Both the position numbers and the translations under genes were made by a program. Below the pieces are notes generated by a model. That model did no database searches. It was not told the origin of the DNA and was given only the letters and a program-made list of their open reading frames with translations. DNA of 18,186 bases from Nitrospira japonica (GTDB lineage: Bacteria; Nitrospirota; Thermodesulfovibrionia; Thermodesulfovibrionales; SM23-35): positions 1 through 18,186 of the forward strand of contig DYFC01000066.1 of NCBI GenBank assembly GCA_020725385.1, in the 5' to 3' direction. Positions 1 to 10,045 of this stretch are shown piece after piece; positions within the stretch are counted from its first letter, which is position 1; each line of letters opens with the position of its first letter.

Positions 1-13
1 AATAAATTTTTGA

Positions 14-86
14 GCAATGTCTGCATTATTTGGGTTAACGGTCACGTGGAACGGTTTTCTGCAATATTTGCATTATTTTGGATTAA
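14..86. repeat. Imperfect direct repeat, 2 copies
   Basis: GCAATGTCTGCATTATTTGGGTTAA (14-38) and GCAATATTTGCATTATTTTGGATTAA (61-86). Confidence 0.55.
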
Positions 87-135
87 ACTATTTAAGTTAT
101 ATGCTCGAATGTTTTATAATTTCAGGAAGTAAAAT

Positions 136-813
136 ATGATCCCATATAAAGATGATAACCCTACTTACACGACTCCTTATGTAACAATAGGTATTATTAT
201 CATTAATATCTGCGTTTTTTTATTGCAGGTTTTTTCTCAATCAGGAATGCGAGATATTACATTTTCATATGGCGCTATCCCCCATTCTTTAATAACATTT
301 GAGAGAATTCAGCCTATCCATCCTATTATGACAGTTTTTACCTCAATGTTTATGCACGGAGGTTTATTTCATATTGCGGGTAATATGCTTTATCTCTGGA
401 TATTCGGGAATAATATAGAAGATCAACTCGGACATTTTCGTTTTATTATTTTTTATCTTTTCTGCGGAATTACAGCTGCATATTCATATGCAATAACAAA
501 TGCCAGTTCTGTTATTCCGATGGTCGGTGCAAGCGGCGCTATTTCGGGAATTCTCGGAGCATATATGCTTCTTTTTCCAAGAGCAAACATTCATACCTTA
601 ATATTTTTTGGCTTCTTTGTTACAACAGTAAAAATTCCAGCCTTGATAGTTATTGGATTTTGGGCTATTATACAATTCATTAATGGTATGATAAGTTCAG
701 GCTATCAAGGAACTTCTGGCGGAGTCGCATGGTTTGCACATATAGGAGGATTCCTAATCGGGCTTGCAACTATAAAAATATGGATTCCAAGGAGGAAAAG
801 GCTGTGGTTGTAA
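136..813 (+). CDS. Rhomboid family intramembrane serine protease
   Basis: Multiple hydrophobic segments; rhomboid motifs HGGLFHIAGNMLYLWIFG, catalytic GASG (Ser) and AWFAHIGG (His). Confidence 0.95.
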   Translation: MIPYKDDNPTYTTPYVTIGIIIINICVFLLQVFSQSGMRDITFSYGAIPHSLITFERIQPIHPIMTVFTSMFMHGGLFHIAGNMLYLWIFGNNIEDQLGHFRFIIFYLFCGITAAYSYAITNASSVIPMVGASGAISGILGAYMLLFPRANIHTLIFFGFFVTTVKIPALIVIGFWAIIQFINGMISSGYQGTSGGVAWFAHIGGFLIGLATIKIWIPRRKRLWL

Positions 814-1688
814 TTTGTCCAAAATGTAAAATAAAACTCAAAATCGATGATTCAAAACTAACCGAAAAAGGCACAAGATTCAAATGCCCGAAATGCAGCA
901 CTACTCTTCTTGTAAAAAAACCACCTGTGCCTTCTGCAAAACCTGTTGACAATCTTAAAGTTCTAATCGCACATTCAAATTCTTCAACTATCAATCTTAT
1001 TGAATCAATCTTGAAATCCGAGGGATATAAGACAATTACTGCTTCTGATGGCATTGATGCAATGGTAAAAGCAATTAAGGAAATGCCTTTTCTCCTAATA
1101 CTTGAGGTTAGTTTGCCTAAAATATACGGTTTTGAAGTTTGTAAAAGATTAAAGTTAAGACCTGAAGCAAAGGATATGAAATATATTCTCATAAGTTCAG
1201 TTCATGATGATAGAAGGTACAGGAGACAACCTGAATCACTTTACGAAGCCGATGATTATATAGAAGAACATAAGTTACAGGAACTTCTTCTTGATTCAAT
1301 TAAAAAGCTCAAATTGCCCGGCGAAGAACCCAAGACAACTGAAATTAAAACTGAAAAACCTTCTGAAATACCCGAAGAAGTGAAAGTTACTATAAAGCAT
1401 GAGATAGAAACTCCTCCCGAGCAAAAACAAGTTAAACCCCAACTCTCAGAAATGGTAGAGAGAGCAAAGAGGCTTGCAAGAGCAATTGTCTCGGATATTT
1501 ATCTTTATAATACTCCTAAAGCTGAAGAGGCAATAAGAAATAACACATTTTTTTCAGTTTTTGCTGCTGAATTACGTGAAGGACAAAAACTTTATGATAA
1601 TCGTATTCCACAAGAAATAAGGTCCCAGGGTGACTTTTTTAAAGAGACAATTCAGGAATTTATCGAAAACAAAAAGAAAAATTTATGA
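804..1688 (+). CDS. Zinc-ribbon (MJ0042-type) + atypical response-regulator receiver + Pro/Glu-rich linker + C-terminal helical domain protein
   Basis: CPKC...CPKC zinc ribbon; receiver-like stretch KVLIAH...ASDGIDA...LLILEVSLPKIYGFEVC...ADDYI. Start reassigned from 729 to in-frame GTG at 804 because GGAGG at 791-795 is an ideal Shine-Dalgarno and the zinc ribbon begins there. Confidence 0.88.
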   Translation: MVVICPKCKIKLKIDDSKLTEKGTRFKCPKCSTTLLVKKPPVPSAKPVDNLKVLIAHSNSSTINLIESILKSEGYKTITASDGIDAMVKAIKEMPFLLILEVSLPKIYGFEVCKRLKLRPEAKDMKYILISSVHDDRRYRRQPESLYEADDYIEEHKLQELLLDSIKKLKLPGEEPKTTEIKTEKPSEIPEEVKVTIKHEIETPPEQKQVKPQLSEMVERAKRLARAIVSDIYLYNTPKAEEAIRNNTFFSVFAAELREGQKLYDNRIPQEIRSQGDFFKETIQEFIENKKKNL

Positions 1689-1775
1689 TTTATTAAAATA
1701 TTCAGAAAATAAAAGAAATAATTAGAAAATCAAATTTATTCATGAATATTCAATATTATTATCCGATAAAACACC

Positions 1776-1805
1776 TTGCCTAAATTATACATTTCTTATT
1801 ATATT
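1776..1805 (+). promoter_or_regulatory. Putative sigma70-type promoter of groESL
   Basis: TTGCCT (1776-1781), 18-nt spacer, TATATT (1800-1805), abutting/overlapping the CIRCE element. Confidence 0.5.
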
Positions 1806-1830
1806 AGCACTCATCAAGATTGAGTGCTAA
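1804..1830. promoter_or_regulatory. CIRCE element (HrcA operator)
   Basis: Exact consensus TTAGCACTC-N9(ATCAAGATT)-GAGTGCTAA upstream of groES. Confidence 0.98.
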
Positions 1831-1876
1831 CAAAACAAAACGAAATTCTTAAATAAAACGAAAGGAGAAGAGTCAT

Positions 1877-2164
1877 ATGAAGTTCAAACCATTAAGAGAC
1901 AGAGTTTTTGTAAAGTTCTCAACCGAGGAGGAAAGGACTGCAGGTGGTATTTATATACCTGATTCTGCAAAAGAAAAACCTCAAAAAGGTGTTGTCATTG
2001 CAGTTGGACCGGGCAGAGTTACAGATGACGGGAAACGTCAGGCTATGGAAGTAAAAGTTGGCGATACTGTACTGTTTGACAAATATTCTGGTTCAAAAAT
2101 CAAAATGGATGATGAAGAATATTTGATTATCAGAGAAGAAGATATACTCGGCATTGTTGAATAA
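1877..2164 (+). CDS. groES: Co-chaperonin GroES
   Basis: [34 protein letters not shown] motifs; 95 aa; AGGAG RBS; directly upstream of groEL. Confidence 0.99.
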   Translation: MKFKPLRDRVFVKFSTEEERTAGGIYIPDSAKEKPQKGVVIAVGPGRVTDDGKRQAMEVKVGDTVLFDKYSGSKIKMDDEEYLIIREEDILGIVE

Positions 2165-2196
2165 GAAAATTAAAATTATTAAAGGAGGATACATTA

Positions 2197-3825
2197 ATGG
2201 CTAAGCAGTTAATTTTTGATGAAGCAGCAAGAAGCGCAATACTCAGAGGCGTTGCAATGCTTACAGATGCAGTGAAGGCAACACTCGGACCAAAGGGAAG
2301 AAATGCTATACTCGACAAAAAATATGGAGCACCTACAATAACAAAAGACGGTGTTACTGTCGCAAAAGAGATAGAATTAAAAGATCCATGGGAAAATATG
2401 GGTGCACAGCTTGTTAGAGAAGTTGCATCAAAAACCTCTGATACCGCCGGTGATGGTACTACCACTGCAACAGTTCTTGCACATGCAATATATAGAGAAG
2501 GCATAAAGAATGTTGTCGCAGGCGCAAACCCTATGGATATTAAACGGGGAATCGAAAAAGCTGTAGAAGTTGTAATCGAAGAACTCAAAAAGATGAGCAA
2601 ACCGGTACAGGATAAAAAGGAAATTGCACAGGTTGGAACAATATCAGCCAATAATGATTCATCAATTGGCGAACTTATAGCAGAGGCAATGGATAAGGTT
2701 GGCAAAGATGGTGTTATAACTGTTGAAGAAGCAAAAAGCATGGCAACAACTCTCGATGTTGTTGAAGGTATGCAGTTCGACAGGGGATATATTTCTCCTT
2801 ACTTTATAACCGATCCCGAAAGAATGGAATGCGTTCTTGAAGATGCCTATATTCTTCTCCATGAAAAGAAAATTTCAAGTATGAAAGACCTTCTTCCTAT
2901 TCTTGAACAGACAGCTAAAATGGGTAAACCACTCATGATTATTTCTGAAGAAGTTGAAGGTGAAGCACTTGCAACATTAGTTGTAAATAAATTACGCGGG
3001 ACAATTCAAGTTTGCGCAGTAAAAGCGCCTGGTTTCGGTGATAGAAGAAAAGCTATGCTTGAAGATATAGCAGTATTAACAGGCGGCACAGTTATTTCCG
3101 AAGATCTTGGAATTAAACTGGAAAATGTAAAATTAACTGATCTGGGTAGAGCTAAAAAGATCAATGTTGATAAAGAAAATACAACTATTGTTGAAGGTGC
3201 GGGCGATCCTGCAAAGATTCAGGGAAGAGTAAAACAGATAAAAACACAGATTGAAGAGACAACATCTGACTATGACAGAGAAAAACTCCAGGAAAGACTT
3301 GCAAAACTTGTTGGCGGAGTAGCTGTTATAAATGTTGGAGCTGCCACCGAAACCGAAATGAAAGAAAAGAAAGCAAGAGTTGAAGATGCGCTCAATGCTA
3401 CAAGAGCTGCTGTAGAAGAAGGCATTATTCCCGGTGGCGGTGTAGCACTGTTAAGATGTCTTCCTGCCCTCAAAGGCCTTAAACTCGAAGGAGATAAACA
3501 AATTGGTGCAGAAATAATTAAAAGAGCACTCGAAGAACCTATAAGACAAATTGTAAATAATGCGGGTCTTGAAGGTTCTGTAGTTGTTGAAAAAGTCAAA
3601 CATGCAAAAGATCCGAATTTCGGGTTTGATGCAGACAGCGAAGAATATGTTGATATGTTAAAAGCAGGAATTATCGACCCTACAAAAGTTACACGTTATG
3701 CCCTTCAGAATGCTGCATCAGTTGCTGCATTGATGCTAACAACCTCTGTAATGATTACTGATATACCTGAAGAGAAACCCGAAGCACCAATGCCTCCGGG
3801 CGGTGGAATGGGCGGAATGTACTAA
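2197..3825 (+). CDS. groEL: Chaperonin GroEL
   Basis: [36 protein letters not shown]-terminal GGMGGM; AAGGAGG RBS. Confidence 0.99.
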   Translation: MAKQLIFDEAARSAILRGVAMLTDAVKATLGPKGRNAILDKKYGAPTITKDGVTVAKEIELKDPWENMGAQLVREVASKTSDTAGDGTTTATVLAHAIYREGIKNVVAGANPMDIKRGIEKAVEVVIEELKKMSKPVQDKKEIAQVGTISANNDSSIGELIAEAMDKVGKDGVITVEEAKSMATTLDVVEGMQFDRGYISPYFITDPERMECVLEDAYILLHEKKISSMKDLLPILEQTAKMGKPLMIISEEVEGEALATLVVNKLRGTIQVCAVKAPGFGDRRKAMLEDIAVLTGGTVISEDLGIKLENVKLTDLGRAKKINVDKENTTIVEGAGDPAKIQGRVKQIKTQIEETTSDYDREKLQERLAKLVGGVAVINVGAATETEMKEKKARVEDALNATRAAVEEGIIPGGGVALLRCLPALKGLKLEGDKQIGAEIIKRALEEPIRQIVNNAGLEGSVVVEKVKHAKDPNFGFDADSEEYVDMLKAGIIDPTKVTRYALQNAASVAALMLTTSVMITDIPEEKPEAPMPPGGGMGGMY

Positions 3826-3852
3826 AAGAGAACTGATAGGTTAAATTAAACC

Positions 3853-3895
3853 AAATATACAGGGGCAATTCGTTTGATTGCCCCTGTATATTTTT
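3853..3895 (+). terminator. Intrinsic terminator after groEL
   Basis: Perfect 17-bp inverted repeat AAATATACAGGGGCAAT (3853-3869) / ATTGCCCCTGTATATTT (3877-3893), 7-nt loop, ending in a T run. Confidence 0.9.
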
Positions 3896-3918
3896 GTACA
3901 ATAGGATACGGAGATAAT

Positions 3919-5412
3919 ATGGAACGACTTGATGTTAAAGTATTATCAGGAATAATAGCTACCGGAACAAAATTAATTTATATAAAAACACCAAGTGAAA
4001 AACGCGCAGAAAGAGCTATTAATCAAGCTATCAAACAAATTAAAGGCATTGATAATTTTTATATCTGGACTTGTACAAAAGGATTCACCCGTGACGGAAA
4101 TTTGATTCCTGATACAAGTGATCCTTCAAAAGCACTCGAAATAGCTCTAAATGAAACTGAACCTGCTGTTTTTTTATTCAAAGACCTTTCATGGTTCTGG
4201 AAAGACAATCCATTTATTATCCGGAAGCTCAAAGATTTCGCTGCTTACGCAAACCGTAAAGCTATTATTATTACAGGCTGGGATGAAAAAGTTCCCGAGC
4301 CTTTAGAAGAAGAAATATTTCTCTTCTATCAAAGTCTTCCAACAATAGAAGAAATCACTAATTACCTATTATATTTACAAAAAAATGATCCTTTTCTGGC
4401 TGCTGCATCAGGGCAAGATCCTGAATTAATTGGTAAACTTGCAATAGTTGCGAGAGGACTGGATCTAACAGACATTGATTACGGTATTCGTGCTATGCGA
4501 CTTGCAGGTGACAAAAAAGGTGACGCAATCCTTCAGACTCTTTTCAGGACAAAACAGAAAATAATAAATGCAAGCGGAATCATGGAGTTTGTCGAAAATG
4601 ATGTTAAACCAGATCATCTCGGGGGCATGGAAAATCTTAAATACTGGATGGAACGTAGAGAAAAAGCTTTTGGAATTGAAAATATTTCGTCCGGGAAAAA
4701 CTTGCCAAAGGGTATCTTAATCATGGGGATTTCAGGCTGCGGCAAGTCTCTTTTTGTAAAAGTTCTTGCTGCAAGGTGGCAACTACCTCTCATCCGTCTT
4801 GACATGTCCTCAATTTATTCCGGAATTTATGGTTCTCCTGAATCAAGTCTGAATAAAGCATTCAATACAGTTGAGGTAGTAGCGCCCTGTGTCTTGTGGA
4901 TCGATGAGATTGAAGCAGGGATTAGTTCTCAAGGATTCAAAGAAGAAGGAGGACCTGCATCAAGAATTCTTGGATCATTTCTTATATGGATGCAGGAAAA
5001 AAGAGCGCCAGTGTTTGTTGCTGCAACTGCAAACGCAATTGAGATGTTACCTGCTGAAGTCATTCGCAAAGGCCGTTTTGATGAAATCTTTTTTGTATCG
5101 CTTCCTGATAAAAAAGCCCGTGAAGAGATTTTTCGGATCCATTTATCAAAACAAAATGCTAAGTTTAGCGATAATGATATATCATTATTTGCAGAAGTAA
5201 CAGAAGGTTATTCAGGTGCAGAGATTGAACAGGCAGTTAAGACAGCTGCATTTGAAGCTCTCGCAGAGAGGCGTCCTATAGTACAGCATGACCTTATGGT
5301 TGCTTTTAGCCGTACAGTGCCTCTTTCAACAACAATGGCAGAACAAATCAAAAAGATAGAGGCATGGGCATATAAAAGGGCAGTGCCTGCTTCAGGAAAA
5401 TATAAAAAGTAG
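3919..5412 (+). CDS. Ycf46-like AAA+ ATPase
   Basis: Walker A GISGCGKS, Walker B VLWIDEIE, second region of homology ATANAIEMLPAEVIRKGRFDE; LGGMENLK and C-terminal PLSTTMAEQIKKIEAWA typical of the Ycf46 family. Start moved to ATG 3919 (GGAG at 3910-3913) because the longer start lies inside the terminator. Confidence 0.88.
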   Translation: MERLDVKVLSGIIATGTKLIYIKTPSEKRAERAINQAIKQIKGIDNFYIWTCTKGFTRDGNLIPDTSDPSKALEIALNETEPAVFLFKDLSWFWKDNPFIIRKLKDFAAYANRKAIIITGWDEKVPEPLEEEIFLFYQSLPTIEEITNYLLYLQKNDPFLAAASGQDPELIGKLAIVARGLDLTDIDYGIRAMRLAGDKKGDAILQTLFRTKQKIINASGIMEFVENDVKPDHLGGMENLKYWMERREKAFGIENISSGKNLPKGILIMGISGCGKSLFVKVLAARWQLPLIRLDMSSIYSGIYGSPESSLNKAFNTVEVVAPCVLWIDEIEAGISSQGFKEEGGPASRILGSFLIWMQEKRAPVFVAATANAIEMLPAEVIRKGRFDEIFFVSLPDKKAREEIFRIHLSKQNAKFSDNDISLFAEVTEGYSGAEIEQAVKTAAFEALAERRPIVQHDLMVAFSRTVPLSTTMAEQIKKIEAWAYKRAVPASGKYKK

Positions 5413-5457
5413 CATTTCTAATTTGACTATATTCTTAGTATTTTGTCATTCTAAGAT

Positions 5458-6483
5458 ATGTTGAAAAAAATATATTACACAATAACAGGAATTGTAGCAC
5501 TTTGTTTTTTCTACATAATAATTCAGCTTTTCGCTCCATTACCTATAGGGAATAAGAATATAGAAATTCAAATACCTAAAGGCTCTACATTCCGTCAGGC
5601 TGCTGAGATTTTTTCAAAAGAAAAAATATTGCGGGATAAAAATCTCTTCCTTTTTCTTGGAAGAATAACAGGAATTGATAGAAAAATAAGAGCAGGGTAT
5701 TATTCAATTTATAGTTCAATGAATCTTCTTGATTTACTCAAAGCTCTTAGAAGAGGGCAAATTATTGAATATGAAATAACAATTGTAGAGGGAGATTCCT
5801 TATCCGAGATCGCACAAAAACTTGAAGAAAAAAATATTATAAATAAAGAAGAGTTTAGAAAATTATCAACCGACAAAAACTTACTCGCTTACTTTAAAAT
5901 TGATGCACCTTCATTTGAAGGTTATATTTTCCCTGATACTTATAAAATACCTAAAGGGATGGAGCCATCAGAAGCAATCGGTATGATGATAAATAAAATG
6001 CGGGAAAAATTTAATGACGATTTAAAGAAGAGAGCAGATGAAATAGGCTTATCTGAAAAAGAAGTTCTGACACTGGCTTCGATAATAGAAAAAGAAGCTG
6101 CTGTTGATGAGGAAAGACCATTAATTTCAGCAGTATATCACAATCGTCTAAGGAAAAAGATGCTACTTCAGGCTGACCCGACTTCTATTTATGGAATAAA
6201 AAGCATGAATGAAAAAATAACTTATGATGATCTCAAAAGGCATACTCCATATAATACATATGTCATAAAAGGATTGCCACCCGGACCAATTGCATCTCCG
6301 GGCTTGAAATCCATTAAAGCAGCTTTATATCCGGCAAAAGTTGATTATCTATATTTTGTATCGAACAATGACAGGACACATGTTTTTTCAAAAAATATGG
6401 ATGAACATTTAAGAGCAGTAAAAGAATATCGTAATAAGAAGAAATTAGAGAAAGAAGACACCGGAGATAACAATTCAGGTTAA
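5458..6483 (+). CDS. mltG: Endolytic transglycosylase MltG (YceG family)
   Basis: N-terminal TM anchor; EGYIFPDTY, LASIIEKE (catalytic Glu), LQADPT, PYNTYVIKGLPPGPIASPG, YLYFV motifs. Confidence 0.96.
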   Translation: MLKKIYYTITGIVALCFFYIIIQLFAPLPIGNKNIEIQIPKGSTFRQAAEIFSKEKILRDKNLFLFLGRITGIDRKIRAGYYSIYSSMNLLDLLKALRRGQIIEYEITIVEGDSLSEIAQKLEEKNIINKEEFRKLSTDKNLLAYFKIDAPSFEGYIFPDTYKIPKGMEPSEAIGMMINKMREKFNDDLKKRADEIGLSEKEVLTLASIIEKEAAVDEERPLISAVYHNRLRKKMLLQADPTSIYGIKSMNEKITYDDLKRHTPYNTYVIKGLPPGPIASPGLKSIKAALYPAKVDYLYFVSNNDRTHVFSKNMDEHLRAVKEYRNKKKLEKEDTGDNNSG

Positions 6484-6484
6484 T

Positions 6485-7537
6485 ATGAAAAAAAGAAAAA
6501 AAACTATAACAATTAATGTTGGCAGAGTAAGAATTGGAGGGAATAATCCGATAGCTGTTCAATCCATGACAAAGACAGATACTGCTGATGTTGAATCAAC
6601 TGTAAAACAAATACATTCTCTTGAAAAAACTGGATGTGAAATTATCAGAGTTGCAGTGCCTGACATGGCTGCTGCAAAATCTTTGGGAAGGATAAAGAAG
6701 GGCATAAATATTCCATTAATTGCAGACATTCATTTTGACTGGAGACTTGCTCTTGAGGCTGTTAAACAGGGAGTTGATGGTCTTAGAATAAATCCTGGAA
6801 ACATTGGTGCGCAATGGAAGATAAAAGAAGTAGTAAATGCTGCAAAGGAAAGAGAGCTTCCAATTCGCATCGGAGTGAATGCAGGATCCCTTGAAAAAGA
6901 TATTTTGAAGAAATATAAACATCCTGTGCCTGAAGCTCTTGTTGAAAGCGCAGGCAGAAACATAGATATACTTGAAAATATGGGTTTCAATTCTATTAAA
7001 GTATCTTTAAAAGCATCTGATGTTCTAACAACAATTGATGCATATAGATTGTTCTCAAAAAAATACAGGTATCCTTTGCATATAGGAATATCAGAGGCAG
7101 GACCGCCTTCGCAGGGAATAATTAAAAGCTCTGTGGGACTTGGTATTTTGCTCAATGAAGGTATTGGTGATACCATAAGGGTTTCTTTGACTTCAGAACC
7201 AGAGGAGGAAGTCAGGGTAGCTTATGCAATACTTGGCTCATTGAAATTAAGACAGCGCGGAATAAATATAATCTCCTGCCCAACATGTGGAAGAACAAAA
7301 ATAGATCTTAAAAAGCTCGTTCATAAAGTTGAACAGCATGTAAAAAACATAAATAAACCTATTACACTTGCGGTAATGGGATGTGTTGTAAATGGTCCTG
7401 GAGAAGCAAAAGAAGCGGATTTCGGTATAGCCGGTGGAAAAGGCAGAGGCATTCTTTTCAGGAAAGGTGAAATAATTAAAAGCGTAAAAGAAGAAGAACT
7501 GCTTGATTGTCTTATTGAAGAATTACAGAAATATTAG
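6485..7537 (+). CDS. ispG: (E)-4-hydroxy-3-methylbut-2-enyl-diphosphate synthase
   Basis: IAVQSMT, IADIHFD, RINPGNI, IRIGVNAGSL, GIGDTIRVSL, and the Fe-S ligands in CPTCGR and MGCVVNGPGEA. Confidence 0.98.
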   Translation: MKKRKKTITINVGRVRIGGNNPIAVQSMTKTDTADVESTVKQIHSLEKTGCEIIRVAVPDMAAAKSLGRIKKGINIPLIADIHFDWRLALEAVKQGVDGLRINPGNIGAQWKIKEVVNAAKERELPIRIGVNAGSLEKDILKKYKHPVPEALVESAGRNIDILENMGFNSIKVSLKASDVLTTIDAYRLFSKKYRYPLHIGISEAGPPSQGIIKSSVGLGILLNEGIGDTIRVSLTSEPEEEVRVAYAILGSLKLRQRGINIISCPTCGRTKIDLKKLVHKVEQHVKNINKPITLAVMGCVVNGPGEAKEADFGIAGGKGRGILFRKGEIIKSVKEEELLDCLIEELQKY

Positions 7538-9840
7538 TCTTCAAATTTTTCAAGTTCTTTTAGAAAAGCATCATTACACATTAAATCAAGAACAACCTTA
7601 GATACACTCTTTATTACATCCGGTAAAAGATCTCCTTTTTCTATCTTTGCAAGATCATTATAAATAACAAGCGAATTTAAAAATATTGCTGACTGCCATG
7701 ATTTTTTAACAAATTCCTGTCTTTTCTTTGTCAGATGCTGCCTGTTTAAGAATTCATGAAAAATATCAGCATCCATATTGATAAATATATCAACACCTTT
7801 ACTGTCACCACTCGGGACAACTTTTGCGATATCTTCACCACACCATGAGGAACCATCATCTTTTTTGATTTCGGTCCATGTTCTGCAACCCTCTTTTTTT
7901 TCTTTATAAACAAGAACTGGCTGGGGAAGCTGGTAATTTTTTATCTTTGCTAAAGAAGGCAATGAAGGAAGGTTAATTTTACTTTCCAAATCTTTTGGCT
8001 CAATATATTTAATCTTAAACTCAACAACCAGAGGTTCAAAGTTGTGTCTTGTAAGCATAGCAATAACATCCTTAATATCGCCAACCTTTGCTTTTTTAGA
8101 AGGAAAAAGTTTTGCAGTTATTTTACCATTCCATATATGATAGGATTTCATAATATCCGGATATATAATAAATGAGCCTTTTTCAATTTCCCTGCTGAAA
8201 TAATCATTCGGAGCATCTGTCTCAAATGTAATTCTTGCATATGAATTTATAGCAATCTGTTTGATTTGATGTCCCCTAATTTTTAAATAAGTTGGCATCC
8301 ATTTTCCTGTATATTCCCTACTGACTAGATCCCCTATGTCTGATTCATCCTTTATATTTCCACCGTGTCCGAGATAACCGAGTATAGAGCGATTCTTTTT
8401 AATTAACTTTGAAAGAATTCCTTCTAAGAACCTTGTATCTTCAGGATTCCTGGATATTTGCTCTTCTCTTCTTTTCTTATTAAGCTGTCTCAAGCCTTCA
8501 TGTCTGCCTAATTCTTCTGCGAGTATGGCTTCGATTTCTTTTGATACTTCATTTTCACGCATTCTGTCTCTTGATGGCATAAAAGTTTTTTCTCTTATAT
8601 TAGTCTCAACATCCGTGCAATCAATATGCACCAAAAGAGAATCTGCAAGATAATGAAGATTTGCCTTTGTCTTTAAAAACGACCTGCCTATAGTTGCATG
8701 TGTCTGACCATTAATTGTAAAGAAAATAGCATCATTAGTTGTGGAGAATTCTTCTTTACCGGTGTCCTCTTTAAAAACAGAGACTTCAATAGTTCTTTTA
8801 CCGAATTTGCCTAATTCAGCTATTATAGGGATTATAACCGGACATTTTTCTTCAAGATTATCCTTATCATCTTTTAAAATTCGCACCCTGTTGCCCATAA
8901 GGATATTTGGATTAGGTTTGTCCTTTGTTATTTTAATTTTTCTTGTTTCATATAATAACAACGGCAGTGCTGGTGAATGTAAAACTCTATTTAAAGCTTT
9001 CCAGAGGTTTGATGTAATAGCAGATGGTTCGGGAAGGTAATAATTGTAAAGCTTGATATATGTACCTGAATTCAAAAACTCATTTTCAGGCAGTATTCCA
9101 AGAGGCTCTCCATGAAAAGACAATATCTCTCCATTTTCATCAACAAAATACTCATACCATGAATTTTTATATTCAGACGTTGTTGCAATATGCAATCTAA
9201 CAAGTGTAAAACCCCATTTATCAGGCTGGCCTCTATTCAATAATCCAGGTGTCTTTCTCGAAAGAATCAACTGGTAATTATATTCTCCACAATTAGGCAA
9301 TACACCGCTACCACCCATATTATATTTCCCCTGAACAAATGGTATCCTGTTTTTATTTCCTCTATGGAGTGATAGAAAAGTGCTCTCGAAATCAACAGGA
9401 TGCTGGCCTTCACCTGTATCGGCAATAATAATATTTGGTCTTTTTTTATCTCCTTCGGCAATAACCATTATATTTTTTGCTATATTTCTTCTTTCTTTTT
9501 CAGGAATTTCAGAAGGATCACCATTTTTTATCCCAAAAAATATCTCAACAGCTTCCTTCATTGTCTTTGGAGCGTTTTTAGATTCAGGGTCAAGATTTCT
9601 TAATTTACATTCTTTTAAAAGAAGTGCATCTATAGAATTGATAGGCTTTTCAGCTAAGGCAGCGATAGAATTTTTTGCCTGGTTGTTTATTGTATTAAAA
9701 TTGCCTTCATAACCGCCATAAGGTCTCCAGCTTGATAAATCTACAAGGAATGGCTCGGAGTCAATAATATCTTTTACTTCATATTCTGACTTTGCAGATA
9801 TTAATTTAAATAAAAGCTCTTTTGAATATTCTTCGTTCAT
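7534..9840 (-). CDS. Large protein with N-terminal GHKL (HATPase_c / MORC / TopoVIB-like) ATPase domain; function unknown
   Basis: 768-aa ORF; Bergerat-fold motifs in order: N-box LAEKPINSIDA, G1 IADTGEGQ, G2 QGKYNMGGSG, later SGTYIKL; downstream FMPSRDRMR resembles the S5-like transducer region. C-terminal half not recognised. Confidence 0.8.
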   Translation of the reverse strand: MNEEYSKELLFKLISAKSEYEVKDIIDSEPFLVDLSSWRPYGGYEGNFNTINNQAKNSIAALAEKPINSIDALLLKECKLRNLDPESKNAPKTMKEAVEIFFGIKNGDPSEIPEKERRNIAKNIMVIAEGDKKRPNIIIADTGEGQHPVDFESTFLSLHRGNKNRIPFVQGKYNMGGSGVLPNCGEYNYQLILSRKTPGLLNRGQPDKWGFTLVRLHIATTSEYKNSWYEYFVDENGEILSFHGEPLGILPENEFLNSGTYIKLYNYYLPEPSAITSNLWKALNRVLHSPALPLLLYETRKIKITKDKPNPNILMGNRVRILKDDKDNLEEKCPVIIPIIAELGKFGKRTIEVSVFKEDTGKEEFSTTNDAIFFTINGQTHATIGRSFLKTKANLHYLADSLLVHIDCTDVETNIREKTFMPSRDRMRENEVSKEIEAILAEELGRHEGLRQLNKKRREEQISRNPEDTRFLEGILSKLIKKNRSILGYLGHGGNIKDESDIGDLVSREYTGKWMPTYLKIRGHQIKQIAINSYARITFETDAPNDYFSREIEKGSFIIYPDIMKSYHIWNGKITAKLFPSKKAKVGDIKDVIAMLTRHNFEPLVVEFKIKYIEPKDLESKINLPSLPSLAKIKNYQLPQPVLVYKEKKEGCRTWTEIKKDDGSSWCGEDIAKVVPSGDSKGVDIFINMDADIFHEFLNRQHLTKKRQEFVKKSWQSAIFLNSLVIYNDLAKIEKGDLLPDVIKSVSKVVLDLMCNDAFLKELEKFED

Positions 9841-10045
9841 ATTGATTTTTAAATAATCATTTTATTGTTTTTAAGTTAAATTATTATAGAGTAACCATAT
9901 AAAATTTGTTAACCCAAATAATGCAATTGAAATAAAGCAGATATTGCGAAAATATTTATTAAGCTTTTAAAATAAAGAATTTAAAATATATAACAATAAG
10001 CTAAAAAATAAAAAAGCCACTATTTCGGGTAATATATATTTATTT

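Noticed and set aside
729-803. Longer N-terminus for the zinc-ribbon protein
   Set aside because: Overlaps the rhomboid gene by 85 bp; GTG 804 has a strong GGAGG and coincides with the domain start.
3874-3918. TTG start for the AAA ATPase
   Set aside because: Lies within the groEL terminator hairpin; ATG 3919 has an RBS.
770-9712. Short antisense or alternate-frame ORFs (e.g. 770-1192, 2130-2741, 3270-3599, 4889-5200, 6730-7176, 8741-9040, 9380-9712)
   Set aside because: Shadows of well-supported genes, with no motifs.
7534-9840. Named call such as gyrB, top6B, mutL or htpG
   Set aside because: Only the generic GHKL motifs are visible; family-specific signatures and partner genes are absent.
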